A stretch of DNA of 64,000 bases. Origin: Lama guanicoe. Lineage: Eukaryota. A program made the position numbers and the translations under genes. The number at the start of each line of letters is the position of its first letter. Positions within the stretch are counted from its first letter, which is position 1. Positions 1 through 13,297 of the stretch are shown piece by piece. Below the pieces are notes generated by a model. The model worked only from the letters and a program-made list of their open reading frames with translations, did no database searches and was not told where the DNA came from. The DNA is taken from positions 11,731,957-11,795,956 of the forward strand of contig MU053881.1 of the NCBI GenBank assembly GCA_013239625.1, read 5' to 3'.

Positions 1-2279
1 TTTATCAAGTTAGGTTGTACACTTTTATAATGTATTATATCATTGTCATAGAACAGTAGCTACCTTTTATTTAAAGACAGTTCTGTACATTTTCCATTAC
101 TTTCACTCTTCAACATTTAAAATTATTAAACATACTTTCTCCTCTCTTTTATAGACAAACATTTAGCCACATTCTTAATCTAATTTTCACTTGAGATGGT
201 TCAGAGCTATCCAAACCCATTCTCTGTTCAGCTGGAATGCAAATCAGATTAATTTGCTTGTGTCACAGACTTAGAGATAAGATTGTTGCCTCTGGGGCTT
301 TAGCAGTAAAAATGCCTCTAAATGTTTACCATTTTTTGTTTCTGGCTTGGCAGTATATCTCCACAGGAATGCCTTTTGGCAGATGAGTTTTCCAAGACAA
401 GAATATACTCAGGAGGCAGAGAAATTCAGCAAAGCCATCTTAGGAAATCAGAGAAAACATTTGAGGCTAAGGCTTCAATTATAACATAAGGGACTTAGAT
501 TAGATACACAAGCATGCTTGAAAAGAGACCTATAAGAAATTTCAAATCTTGTGTGTATGTGTTCAATTTTCAGTAGATATACCTGCCTGTAATAACTGAA
601 ACATGATTTAAAGCAAGGATATACACAAAATAACCCTTGTGAACGTTTGAGACCAGTTGTCAGGTGTTTCTAACCCTGTTTGTTTCAACCAGCCAAAGCA
701 CTGGAAAGGACTATTTTCTGATAATTGTATGCCAATTTAAATGCAAATGTTCAAACAAGAAAAAAAGGGGAGTAACATTTTGTCCTGCACACGAATACAA
801 AGGCCAGTTTGAAAAGGCAGTGTATGAATAAACTGGGGAAATAAATCTCCTCTTCTTCAATCAGTCTCAGTTTCTAAGTGCAGCTTCCAAGTATGACGCT
901 TCTTTAAAAGGTGGTATGTTTTTACATTACACGTGAGCCAATTACTCCATCCAGGATGTCCATACTTGACCAGACATCTAGTCAGCTATCCCAGAGCTGG
1001 AGAGAGAACTGAGTTTAAACTCACTGGGAGGCATTGTGCCTGTCCTCAATGACATAGCATCCAGAATTGTATGTATGATCTGGTTCCAAGGACCTCACAT
1101 TTTTATCCATGCAAAGCTATTATAACTCTTTCTCTTTATAAGTCCTGTAATCTTGACCCTCCGAATATTGTCTGTGATCTGTATACTTCACTTGCTTCAC
1201 TTGGCAGATTACACCGTTTAATACAATTGCTGTGATAGATTTGTTCTGACTGATCACAACAGCCTGGAAGAATGGACATCTGATTTCTACTATACTTTAT
1301 AATTACCTTTAAAACAGGGCTTTGACATGAAAGAAAAATGATAATCCAGACCTCTCAAATGCTCTGTAAAAGACAGAAAACAAGAATGTTTCTGAAGAGT
1401 AAATATGAGATTTTATCTTCTAGGACACATTTTGTATGGAAGGCAGAAATAAAACAGACAATTATTTTTATATTGCTCAAATATGTCTATTTGGCAAAAA
1501 GAGTCATATTTGATACTTGCCATACTTATTTCCCTATTGAAATCTTCAGTGAATACAGTGATGCCAGTTACGTTCCTAGAAGGAGGCCAGAAAGGGCCTA
1601 CTCTGTACTTAAAACCATTTGCTCAAGTGACAGCTAAACACATTTTAAGGTCCTGCAACTTAATTCATTAATGCCACAGCTTTGTGCAACCTTTAGTCAG
1701 GGTCATGTAATTCTTTATGGGCCTTTAGCTTTAGATATAGTGGGAAGCTCCTCTGTCTAGCAAGGAAATGCCCTTGATCCTGCAGGATATAAATCTGATG
1801 GCAGGCTGCTCGTAAGCACGAGCCTCCCTCTACTTTCACTCAGGACTCTTATGGCGTTAACCTAAAGCACCCTCAGTCTGGCCTGACCGTGCTCTCTCAC
1901 CCCTGCCGGTTAAGTGCCTTCTGCTCTCAAGCATTACCCTTTCCTCAAACGAGAGAAAACCTGTTTTATCATATTACTATTTTACTTCGTATTATGATTC
2001 TATTTTCACTCTCTAACATCTGAAATGGATGAACTTCCTTGGCTGTATTGATTTCTGCTTCTATTGATTTCTTTATGGCAAGTATTTATTGCCTCTTTAC
2101 CCCTTAACCTGCTGCACTTTGCCATCCTGCCTTTCCTTTCCATTTGGCGGAAGCTGCCCTTTGAAAGTCACCTGAGACTCGCTAATGACTGAATCTGACC
2201 ATTTTTCTCAGGTCCTCCCGCTGCACCCCCTCCCCTATTTTTTTTTTTTTTAACTTCTCTAAGCCACCTTAAGAGTCAT

Positions 2280-2450
2280 GACTAACATTTATTGAGCTCT
2301 CACCGTGAGGCACTTGTAAGCTCTTCTTACTGAAGCATCATGGGAGACTACTGAGGTGAATATTCTGCTTAATATCCATTTGCAGATGAGGCTCACATGG
2401 TAAAATAAGTCGTGCAGTTGCATTTTAAGTACAAGTCTAATTCCTTGGCC
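2280..2450 (-). mobile_element. MIR SINE fragment
   Basis: aacatttattgagctc...ccatttgcagatgagg resembles the reverse complement of the MIR core and tail. Confidence 0.7.
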
Positions 2451-2872
2451 TACACTCGTCTCTTGGTAGTCCCCTATATCGCTCTGCATTCATCTCTATT
2501 AACTTGGCAGCATTTGTGATGACAGTCATCCTCTGCAATGCATAGCAAAATTCTCCTTCAGAAACCTCATCTTCCCAACTAGATGATAATCTCCTAGACT
2601 GCAGTGACTAGATTTTTTAATTCCCCCAAAATATGTGGTTCCATGGTTTAAGTAGTGTTACATTTGTTATACAGCTGAAAGAAGTCAAGGTGTTCTTCAT
2701 TCTTCTGACATTTAGTAGCATATGATAAGCAATGCACTGAAAAGCAATAGAATTCATTGACCCAATCCTCCTGAATGAAGGGTAAAGTATATGATGAGAC
2801 AAACATAAGGAGATGGCAGGAATATTGAGGCAATTTAGAATTAAAAGGAGCTGCATTCTTAGTGGTTCATAC

Positions 2873-3370
2873 TGTGAACGAAAAATACTGCAAGCCATAT
2901 CAGTAAACAAAGAATGCTGAATCCATCAAGTCATCAGTGGCTGCTGCCATCCCCCAGTGAAGACAAGCCTGCAGTCCAGCCTCTGCAGCCACTCACAATG
3001 GTGCACTCTGAGGGGACGCAGAATAAGAAAGGACAGGATACTGGTCCTAGATAGCTAGGTGCTTGTCAAAGGAATAAGTTCAATGAACCCAAATGTTTGC
3101 TTCCTCCCATACATATAAAAGCGCTAAATTCTTTAACTTGAGATGTCTGGTTTTCTTTAGCTAACAAGTAATCTTTTAATGTTCCAACTACCTGGTTTTT
3201 GTTGTAAAATTTCTATGTATCTTGGCTCCCCCCCTACCGCTTCGGAGCAGTCCCTGAGAGCAATCTGAGAGGCTGTCATCCCAGGCTCCAAGGGATTCGA
3301 GTCCTCAGAAATGTCCGCCAAATAAAACATAACTCTCAACTTTAAGGCTGTGCATTTATTTCAGACGACA
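2873..3370 (+). mobile_element. ERV1-class solo LTR (498 bp)
   Basis: TG...CA termini; 4-bp TSD ATAC (2869-2872, 3371-3374); AATAAA at 3321. Confidence 0.85.
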
Positions 3371-3889
3371 ATACCCTTAAAGAGGTGTGAATATGTAACT
3401 GAGTATAAATAGGAAATGTTACCATTCCAGGAAAGATATGTTTATTACCAAGCAATATGGATTATTACCACCAGGGGACCCAGCTGTGGAGGACAGGGGA
3501 CGGGGAAACACTTGGGAAACACAGACAAGGAACTGATTCAGAGATCAAGAGTCTAATCACCACTCTGGCCTATGTGTAAAATAAAGAAATTGGATTTTAA
3601 GGATTTAAAGGACCTATCCTGTCTTTAAATTCAATAATCTGTGAAAAAGAGAGAACAATCAGGAAGGGGAAAAGGGGAGAGATCTGGCAATTTCACCTAG
3701 GGGATTTTATTCTTTGAGCATGTCACCCTCCAGGGCCTTGCTAACATTCATCTATTACTTGGCTACTAAGAGCCCACCTTAAGGTGAGGGATCCCTATTT
3801 CACTTTCCAAGGCAAATGGCAGGGGAAGGATGAAGGTACCCTATTCAAACTTAACTCTCTCCTCCTCCTCTAATAAACTTCTCTTTCTC

Positions 3890-5160
3890 AATATTTACAA
3901 ACATCCAGTTTTTCAGATGGAAGATACACAAATGATCATTATGTTAACAAGACGCTCAAGATCTTTTAAAATAAGGGAAAAAATGCTAATGAAAACTTCA
4001 CTAAGATACTATTTCTCACCCAGCACACCACCAAGTTTCTATTCCATTGTCAACATACTCTGCGCTTCTGAGACCAGGAGAAAAGGCTTGCTTGTATTTT
4101 GATGGTAGGAATGCAAAATGGCACAATCCCCAAAGATTCCCCAAGGAGAATATGGAAATATTTAGCAAAATTGTATACGCAGATACCACTTGATTCTATT
4201 ATCCTACTTTTTGTAACCCAACCCAAAGTTATACTGAAAAAAATTACAAAATGATTTATATAAAGGTTTATCTAGGGTGACATTATTAGTAATAGCAAAG
4301 ATAGGAATAATACCAAATGTCCATTTAGAAGGAACTGATTTAATAAACTATCTACAGAACAGAGTGCTAAGAAACTAGAAAACGCAAAAGGAAGCACGCC
4401 ATGTATTGAAATGAAATGATATCAGAAATAGGTTATTAAGTGACAAAAACAAAGCATCAAGTAGAACACTAAACATAACATGCTGCTTTCATGTCAGAAA
4501 GATAGAAACTGCAAGTGTGTGTGTATATTTTTTTTCTTATTTTTGCCAAAACAAACAAAAACGATTAACCAAAAGCTAATAATAATAAGTTTAAAAGGTT
4601 GCTTACAGGCAGTGTAGGCCTCCTACAAGCAAATCAACACTCTCTCCTGCCTAGAAGGAGGTCTTCAAAAAAAAAAAAGAACCAGGACTTCTTAGAAAAA
4701 CTGGCTGATCCCAAGTGCAGGGCAGAGAAGGTATAAGATAAGCTTGGGAAAACGTTACGCAATAGATTTTATTATAGAAGAAATGACAGACAGATAAAAA
4801 TCACTGTTTCCAACTACTAATGAAATATTAGTGCAAGAATAGATGAAATAGTGGTACTAACAGACTGATGGGAATTTAGAAGGATTGGGCCACAGCCACC
4901 TGAGCCAAGGATCAGTCTTTGGTCATTTTGATCTCTAACAGTGAGACTACGAGACATTTATGCTTCCTAAGGAGCCAGTTGCTTTAAAGTATATAACAAT
5001 ATAAAGTGAAGTGGAGAAGGGAGTGATAAATGAAGAAATGATAGTAAATGTTGACAGTTTTTGAATGTGGACGTGGCTATACAGAGATTCATTGTATGAA
5101 TCTTTCAGTCCTTGGGTTTATGTAAAAAAAATTTTTTTAAATTACAAGTTTAAAACAAAA
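3890..5160 (+). mobile_element. Old L1 (L1ME/L1MD-like) ORF2 end and 3' UTR fragments
   Basis: Degenerate L1 3' motifs (ggtaggaatgcaaaatggcacaatccc, aatagcaaaga...ccaaatgtcca, ttattaagtga) ending in an A-rich tail. Confidence 0.75.
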
Positions 5161-5259
5161 AGTCCCCCTTTGAAATTTCACTTCTCTCAGATCTAACAAG
5201 TAAAAAATTCTAGATAAAGTGATCTAGTTCCTAAAGAGGAGTCCTGGAGAGAATGACTT

Positions 5260-5480
5260 TCAATGTGCTTTTCTCAGAAAACTGATTCTTCCAATTCTAT
5301 TTCATTGCAAATCTCCCCTGTTGGAGTAATTCCACATACATTAACACAATAAAGGCTCTGAGCAGCTCCAGTAAAGAAACTGGTTTAACCTTGTTTTACC
5401 CAGGGTTTCCCAGAGATAATCAGTCACAGCACCTTCATTTTTGGTCTGGGTGACCCCTGTTGTTCCACAGAAATAAGTAC
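5260..5480. mobile_element. hAT-Charlie DNA transposon fragment (Charlie4-like)
   Basis: aaaggctctgagcagctccagtaaagaaactggtttaaccttgttttacccagggtttccc resembles the recalled consensus. Confidence 0.6.
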
Positions 5481-5559
5481 CTCTCTATACAAGGGGGTGT
5501 GATGGCAGGAATTTCAGGCACGAGTACTAGAGGACAGTGAATCAAAATGATGTTTTTCA

Positions 5560-6105
5560 ACCATTTCCCAGCTCTCAAACCTTCAGGGGACTCCCAACAC
5601 CTTCCTTCAAAACAAAGTTAGAGCTTCTCAAGAAGGTACATGCAACCTCTCCTGAGGCAGCCCTTATCTAATTTAATACCGGAACTACCCCTGTTCTCCT
5701 CCTGGGAACCCAGGACTGTAGCTAACGTGAAATACTTCATGTTTGCACCGTTTGCCCACAGCCTGTGCTCTCTGGCCTCTGTACCTTCGTGTCTGTGTCT
5801 GAAGCTCTTTTTGAGAGAACCACGTTCTTCTCCCTCACTGCCTTAACCTTGCTTGGTCTAAGTTCCAGTTCAGATATCACTTCCTGGAAGATGCCACCAG
5901 GCAGGAAAATGTATTGCTTTACTACCCTCTCTTAGCACCCCACTCCATCCTCATTTGTAGCACCGATCACGCTGTACTAAGGATTTCTCTGATCTGCCTT
6001 TCTTTCCCATTACATTATGATCTCTTTGAAGGCAGTGTCTGTGTTCCATTGTCACTATAACCTCAGAGAATGGCATATTTGCTCAAAACAATTTGTGGAA
6101 GGGAA
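5560..6105 (+). mobile_element. L2 LINE 3' region
   Basis: Pyrimidine-rich L2 3' motifs (cagttcagatatcacttcct, ctctttgaaggcag) and a degenerate L2 tail. Confidence 0.7.
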
Positions 6106-6282
6106 AGAGGGAGAGGGTAATACCAATGAGAACGTGAAAAGAGTTTAAACCTTTATCATTCACACTCCCTGTAATGAGAAATACTTCTGAGAGAAATATT
6201 GTAGTTAAAAATTCACAACAAGGCACAAAGAAGTAGTATTTGATTATTTCCAGAAGATAGAATATTTTATGAGGGGTGAAGG

Positions 6283-6908
6283 TGAGACAGGAAGGGGGCA
6301 GGGCACAGCCATTCAAGGAATGCTACAGCAATTAACACCAAAATGTGAAAGATTCAACCCCCATTAGGCCTTGAGGCTCAAGATGATGAGAGATTTAACT
6401 TCCAGCAGATCTTGAGCTTCATTATACGCTCATTGTAATATATTAACATGATGAATAACACGCCCACAGGCACCATGTCAGTCCCAAGGCTAGCCACAAA
6501 AGGTCAAAGAGTGGGAAATGGCCAACTTCCTGGGAATCCCAGCCCCTTCCCCAGGCAACTTAGACTGGTCCTTCCATTTATTAGCATATGAAGCCACCAA
6601 GCCCATAAAAACCAGCAACAAGGCGCCTTGTGCCGGCCCCTCTCTCTCCCTCTTCAGAGACGGCCCACATTCTGTCTACAGAGTGTGAACCTATGTGTAA
6701 TCTGAGCACCCAACCCCCACACCTCATGGCCTTTCACTTGCCTTTCAATGTACCTCTCTGAATAAATCTATCTTCACTCAACTGTGGCTCGCTCTTAAAT
6801 TCTTACCTGTGCGAAGCCAAGTACCCACACTTGGCGGGGAACGTCCCAGGGGCTCAACTGAGACCTGGGACACAGCCCTTCTCATGCCCCATATGTTTTC
6901 CTGCATCA
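6283..6908 (+). mobile_element. MER41-like ERV1 solo LTR (626 bp)
   Basis: TG...CA termini; 4-bp TSD AAGG (6279-6282, 6909-6912). Internal segments cattatacgctc...acacgcccacaggcaccatg and tagcatat...cataaaaa resemble MER41. AATAAA at 6761. Confidence 0.8.
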
Positions 6909-8439
6909 AAGGCAGGTAGGAAATGGGCACTTTCTGAAGACTGAGGACATAGAGGGATGAGCCTTCTTACAGAGAGGGTAAATGTGATCAAAATGGAAGG
7001 CCATAGCTTAGAGAGAAAAACTTGACACAATCCGCAATTTTACCAAATTCCCAAGCTATCCAGAACCAAAAAGCCGTTAGCAGTGACAGTATCAAAAGGA
7101 TACTCACTTGTAAAGAAGGAAGGAAGAAAAGTGGCTCACTAAAGCTTCTCTCTTCCATTTCATTTATACGGACAAGTGCTTATTAATTATCTTATGTCAA
7201 AAGCTCTGAATATGCTTTTCCTAGGTAAGTAGATAAGTCCTCTGGACTCATCATCAGCCAGCCCCCTGCCCCTGAGTTTAGGCCCTCCTGTACAGGAAGG
7301 AGTCCTGGAGACAGCCTGTGCCACCTTCTGACCAGTGGAGTTTTGTTTAGTATGAATTTGCATTCTGTATCTACACAAACCTCCTTATTTATTACCTTTT
7401 TAAGCAAATTATTTAATGCCAACTCATTTTTTCAAGGCAGATATTTTGTATTTCACATGGAACAATTAAATAACATTTCCAGTGTAGTTCACCTTTTCCT
7501 TCCATTCCAGGGACTGTGTCTCAATGGGTCCTTATTATTTTTCAAGAAAATGACAAATGGCGGCGCAACAGGGAGTGACCATTCAATCCATTCTCCTGCT
7601 CCCACTAGTGCAGGATTTGTCATTTTCCCCCTCATGGCTGCCAACAAGCTCTCAGTTTACTGAGTTCCATCAAAACACTCCAGGTGCTTCGGGCTTTTGC
7701 TTTCTCATTCACAGATTGGGTTTATTTACATTGGTTCCAAATGCGACAAAAAGCAAACAAACAATGATCCACATGGTCCAGACGTGGCTCCTCTTGTAAC
7801 TCAAATGAAAGAGGCCTGACAATGTCACCCAGTCCCTGCTCTCTCTTCAGGCTCCATGGAATGCACTAGCATGGTCCTGGGAGGCTGCCAGCCTGGCTGA
7901 TGAGCCCTAATTGCAGGAATGCAGCTCACTGCCAACAATTATGCAGGCACAGTTAAGTTAGATGCATTTGCTCTGTTTAGGTCATAATGCCACTTTTTCT
8001 ATTGCCGGATAAAGTTCTAGCCAAACCTCAGAAACAACGCTCCTTAGGGGAGGAATGTATAAATAATTTTAGTAATTTAAACTGTAACAATTCTTAAATA
8101 AAATGGTGAGAGGCACATCTTAGTCCTTATTTTTTTCCCCAGCACCTCCAATTTATCTTTACTATATTCTGACTCCTCTAGCTTATCTTTCTATAGTCCA
8201 CGTCCCTGGTCAGGAACAGCAAATAGATGTTTATCTAATGCATCTATGTTGAGAGCAATTCTTTTAAAACTGGTTGGCATGTATTTAGAGGTTGTGTAAT
8301 GAAGCTCAGTTGGAAAAGTGCAAGGATCAATTAGCCATGTCTTGTGTAGAATGTGACATCTCTATTTTATAGATGTCTCCTCTCACCCTCCTCTCTAGAA
8401 GAGATTCTCCAAAAGTAGCCCTTTTCCAACTATTTTCAG

Positions 8440-8985
8440 GTAATACATTGCCACGGTGACTTCTCAGGCAGCAACAAAGAGGAAAATTGAGTAGATTGGC
8501 TTGCTTTACATCTGTTTCAGTGTCCTTTTTTAGGCCACAAAGGTAAAAACCACATTTCCCAGATTCCCTTGCCTGGAAGCTTCCAGATGTGACTAGGTTT
8601 TGCCAGTTAGGTTCACTATTATGAAACTTGATTTTCAGAACTGAGTTATGTGAGAAGAAAGGCAGTACTTGGGAAAATCCTATTGGCTTGAGTGGAAAGT
8701 GGCTAGCAAATTATGATGCTGAATCTAACAAATGTGGAAGCAGTTTCTTGATTACCAGACAACAGCTAAGGTGGAGCCAGCAGTTTTATGCATCCCCAGT
8801 TTCTTTATTGCAGCAGGAGAAATAGTTCCCTGGGTAGGCCAGCTCCTAGGTGTTGTTGGGGAGTCAACCTTGGAGGCCCATCCGAGCTCGCACCTGCAAG
8901 CTTCTCACCCTTTTCATAATAACATGCGTTTAAACTCGCTAAAAGAGTTTCTGTTATCTGCAAATGTCCCCTGGATGAAATACAT
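8440..8985 (+). mobile_element. Old ERVL LTR (LTR33/LTR41-like)
   Basis: acatttcccagattcccttgc...gatgtgactaggttttgcca and 3' end gtttctgtt...ccctggatgaaataca. Confidence 0.6.
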
Positions 8986-9169
8986 TGAAGCATATTAAAT
9001 CATTATGAAAATAAGATCATGAGACACACAGAGAAGCACTTTGAAACTATGGAGTTGTGTCAGTCTAACCTTGTTCCTAGAACTTCCGGCCCTTGATAGT
9101 ATTTCCTCACACCTGACAAAAACCTGTCTCTTGGGACTGCATTCCAATTTCACCCTCTCTACAAAGCAT

Positions 9170-9465
9170 CCCTCTAAACTCCACCAACATTAACATCATC
9201 TCCAAGCAAAATGAGACTTTCCCTATTCACATGACATGACATGACATGTTGCCCGTATTTGGAGCACTTTTCCTCTTCAATCATACATACTTCTAAACCT
9301 AGATCCTTGTGAGGCTGCAGAATCCTCAGAAGCTTGGATTGTAAGGATACAATTTCGACTTTGTATGAGTTTTCTGTGGGTGTATCCGAGCTCCTCTGAG
9401 CACACACTGATCCTAACACAGTGGCTGTAATCCTGCATATGTTCAATAATGCTGGTTCAATTTGA
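9170..9465 (+). mobile_element. L2 3' fragment
   Basis: cctaacacagtggctg...gttcaataatgctggtt L2 tail. Confidence 0.5.
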
Positions 9466-9794
9466 CCAAAATAATTCAAAATCAGTTTGTCCTAAATTAA
9501 AATGCATAACATATGCTCTTACTAATAACGTATTACAGTTTAACACATAGAAAGTAATCTCTAATGATCAAAGTTCAGTTTTAGTTTAAATGGAGAAGAT
9601 ACTTTTTAATGTGGATCTGTGTAGGCTGGTGTAGCAGGAAGGATGGTCAGAGGAGGAAAAGGGTAAAATAATTATCCTCTAGCCTCAAATTCATTTGAAT
9701 CTGCCACTACCACCTTTATTGACTCCAAATACTGGTTCTTTTGGTGCTGCTTCTACAGGGTTGGTCTCTTTTGTTAGGTCATATCCCCAGAGCC

Positions 9795-10015
9795 GATAGA
9801 GAGTGGTTATGAATCCAGGCTGCACAGCGAATCTGCCTGGTTTCAGATCCCACCACTATCGTTTGTGTGACCTTGTATAAGTTATTTAATCATTCTTTGT
9901 TTCAAGTTATTTGTCTGTAAGATGGTAATAACAACAATACATAGCTCACTTCACATACATGTCAAGAAGAGGACCAGAGAGCTTGACATAAATGTCAGTT
10001 AGCAATGATTATTAT
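9795..10015 (+). mobile_element. MIR SINE
   Basis: gtggttatgaat...tgtgtgaccttgtataagttatttaa...tctgtaagatggtaataac. Confidence 0.75.
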
Positions 10016-10379
10016 TTATCTAATGGTGTTTTTTCTGCCATGAAGATGAATGTGTCAAATCTCATTTGCATAATTTTAAGAAATTCAACGTAAGTATGTG
10101 TTATCTGACAAACTATAGATAATAATGAGCTAGAATGCTGAATCCCTCAATACTCACATGTCCCTTTTGACCTTGAACCTACAAATTCAATTTCATTAGC
10201 TCCATTTCATAACAAACAGAAGAAGAGGAACACATGAACAAAGTCTATGCAGCTAGATTACCCAGAAAGTCCTCTTTTTACAGATGATTTTCTGGATCAA
10301 ATGTCTTTGGGGAAAGTGAGCTGGCATTCTTTGGCCTCAAAGTAAATGTGATTAGCTTCCTAGCACTTTGCCTGACACA

Positions 10380-10456
10380 ATCAAGCCATTAAGCTGTATG
10401 CCTCAAATTTATACAGTGATGTATGCCAACTATTTCTCAAACTGAGAAAAAAAAAA
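10380..10456 (+). mobile_element. Very short 5'-truncated L1 3' end inserted in an L2 tail
   Basis: gctgtatgcctcaaatttatacagtgatgtatgccaactatttctcaa plus a poly(A) tail, flanked by L2 tail sequence. Confidence 0.6.
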
Positions 10457-11257
10457 GAAATTTGTTGATTCAACAAATGAATAAACATACTGACAGACAA
10501 ATAAGTGATTGAATACATTCACGAAAAATGCTATGTTTTTAAAATTATATTCCCCAAGAACGTGCCCCCAAAGAGTTGCTTCAGACAACGAAAGAATGGG
10601 GCTGGGGAAGAGAAACTTGAATGATTGGATGCTGGCTCTTTTTAAAGTTCATATATTGAGAATCTGCAAAAGAAGAAAGATTATAAATCTAAAAGTTTGC
10701 CAAGCCCTGCTGTAGAATCTCATGGATCTCTCACCCATACTCTTATTTTTTAGTATAGCTGAAGGACACCTTTTCTTGACGTCTTAATATTAATTTCACT
10801 CAGTTGTAAAAGAGGCAAAAAGCCAACTTTGTTCACAGTAATGAAATTGACTGATAAATTCAGACTATTGGCTTCCAGTGGTGTCAGATTTGCCAGACTG
10901 GGGGCAGTAACAGAGTACTTCTATTGCTCCCAAAAAGGACGTGAATAATGGAGTCCGATTTAGACCTAATGGCAGGATGGGATGCCAGACCAAACCACTA
11001 AGTGGAAAGTTGTGTGCTCTGGGAGGTGGGTCCCTTTTCAAACTCCTGGCTCAGGGGGATGACCACGGGTTGTCCAGAACTCTCACTGAGTTGCTTCTCA
11101 GCTGAGGGCCATTTGTGTGTGCTTTTCCAATTGGCAATTCAAAAGGTCAGAAAAAAGATTGGATCAACTTAAACTTTACAGCAGCAAGATTGCCATGGGC
11201 TCTTTGTGTCTGCCTTTATTAATATCTCAGTGGTTGAAAATACCCCTCTGTGTTCAC

Positions 11258-11339
11258 CTGCCCTTGGAAGGATGAGAGGAATAATGCAGTCTTTAATTTC
11301 AGATCTTGCTTTAAGTTCATCCTGCTGTGATTCTTTTTC
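11258..11339 (-). other. Candidate 82-nt exon
   Basis: Minus strand: gcctttttccacag|GAAAAAGAATC...GGGCAG|gtgaac. Purine-rich exon start. Confidence 0.2.
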
Positions 11340-12589
11340 CTGTGGAAAAAGGCCATTTGACAATTTTTGGCATTGCCTAACCAGTATATTGCTGCTGTTT
11401 TTGATGCTAAAACAGACCTCATCCTTGCTACTCCTCCTCTGACTCCACACAACCAGTTTCTATCATCATCTTGTTTTTAATACCTTACATTTTCCATAAA
11501 ACTGGAGGTCTGCTGGTTTGCAAATCACTTAAAAATAACCAGATGCTGCAAAATTGAACCAAATATTTGTTTAAAAAAATTTTTGGTGATATTTTTAATG
11601 AGCTATTTTTTTTTTCCTACACAACTGGGCCAGAAATTTCCAGAGGCCAGTTTTATGCAAAATGTCTTGAGATGTCTTGCTGCATTCTGGATTAGAACTG
11701 TAAGATGGAGGAGGGACATGTTTGAACAGCAAAAGCCCTAGCTTGTCTTTAGGGTATGGAAGGGGACAGCTTGAGTTCACAGCGCATGCTCAGGTTTAGG
11801 GTTCCTCTGCCACCTCCAGTGGACCTAAGCTGGGACAGATAAGCAAGCCACATCAGATCAATTTATCCCTGGCAGCTTGTTGATCATTCTGTTTGCACAT
11901 GAGTTTACTTGCTTTTACCAAAAAAATCAGAGAAAGAACTAACATCCTCTGCTTAATCTGTAATATAAAGTTAGGGAAAAAAGTTTATTTTTTCCATTTA
12001 ATTACTTCTTTACATGCATTTAGAGTAATTAGACATCAGATGCAGTAGCTAAAGCAATTACCATATGTCATTTCAGAGAATTACAGTATAAACATACAGT
12101 AAATACTCAATAATCCATGACAAGCTACTTAAAAAGTAATAAGGAAATTTAATTTAAAATGTGGGAGCTGAGATGCATGACATACTTCTGAATGAAATAC
12201 CTACAGTTACAAAGGAGAAATTCCAGCTTTGAAAAATCCACCACTATTAATTCACTGCCCTTCACAGAGTGGGTCATTGGCCATCTCCCTTCAAAATTAA
12301 CATTAACAATGCATGATAAATAGGCTCTTATAAAATGGAACCCTCTCCTTTCTTCTCCCCTCCCTTGCCCCCTCCTCCCTTCTTTCTCTCAGGCACACCT
12401 ATAAACCTTCCCCACAGACACAGTGAAAACCCACTTTGTCACTTAAAGCCCATTAATCTGAGAACGCAAAAGTTCAATTTGTAATAACATCACAGTGGCT
12501 AAAATCACAGTGGCACTCCTTGACTTTCACTTTGAGAGGTCTTTCCCCCCTTTATAACAACACGCTACAATGAAGATGCATAGGGAATT

Positions 12590-12790
12590 TGGAAGTCATT
12601 GGAGCGGAGTTCATATCTCACTTTATCTACTGAGCAACTTTCAGCAGGTTGTTCAGCTTCTCTGTGTCTCCCTTAAGCTTATCCCTAAGCAGAGACAATA
12701 CCTATTTACTAGCAAGTGAGTTGTCTGATATAACACTAGCAAGTGTCTATCTGGAGTAGAGTGGGCACTGGATAAATTGCTGCTAGTCTT
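12590..12790 (+). mobile_element. MIR SINE (degenerate)
   Basis: Core-like cttctctgtgtctc...acaatacctat. Confidence 0.5.
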
Positions 12791-13159
12791 ATTACCCATT
12801 TACTTATCTAAACGAACTTCGTAGGTTTAGAACGTTTACTCTTTTCTATTTAGATTTTCCCAGCCTTCGTAACTTCTTAGAATAATCACTTTGGTGTGCT
12901 TATCAATTGCTATGTGATGGAAATTTTTTCTCCGTTCATTAAGAAAAATTAAGGTGCAGTGTTCCCTCAAAGTAAACCAAAGACCAAACACTAACTATGT
13001 TTACTATTTTAAACAACACTTATGGGTTTATAAATTCCTATCCTTAGACAATATCTTAGGATTGTGGAATCTTTTTCTCCCCCTGACCTCCACTGCCTCA
13101 ACAGGGCCTCCTTCTCCTGTATGGTATGAGAAGAAAAGAGAAAAGAGACAGAAACAGAC

Positions 13160-13297
13160 CAGGGATCTACCACTTAGACCTTCAACTGCTGAATTTTGGA
13201 ATGATGACTAAACCTCTGGAAGCCTCATTTTGTTAAAAAAAGGTGATAACAATACCTATGTCATAAGGTTGTTATAAGGATCAAGTGGGATAATATC
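13160..13297 (+). mobile_element. MIR SINE
   Basis: aacctctggaagcctcatttt...gataacaatacctatgtcataaggttgttataaggatcaa. Confidence 0.7.
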
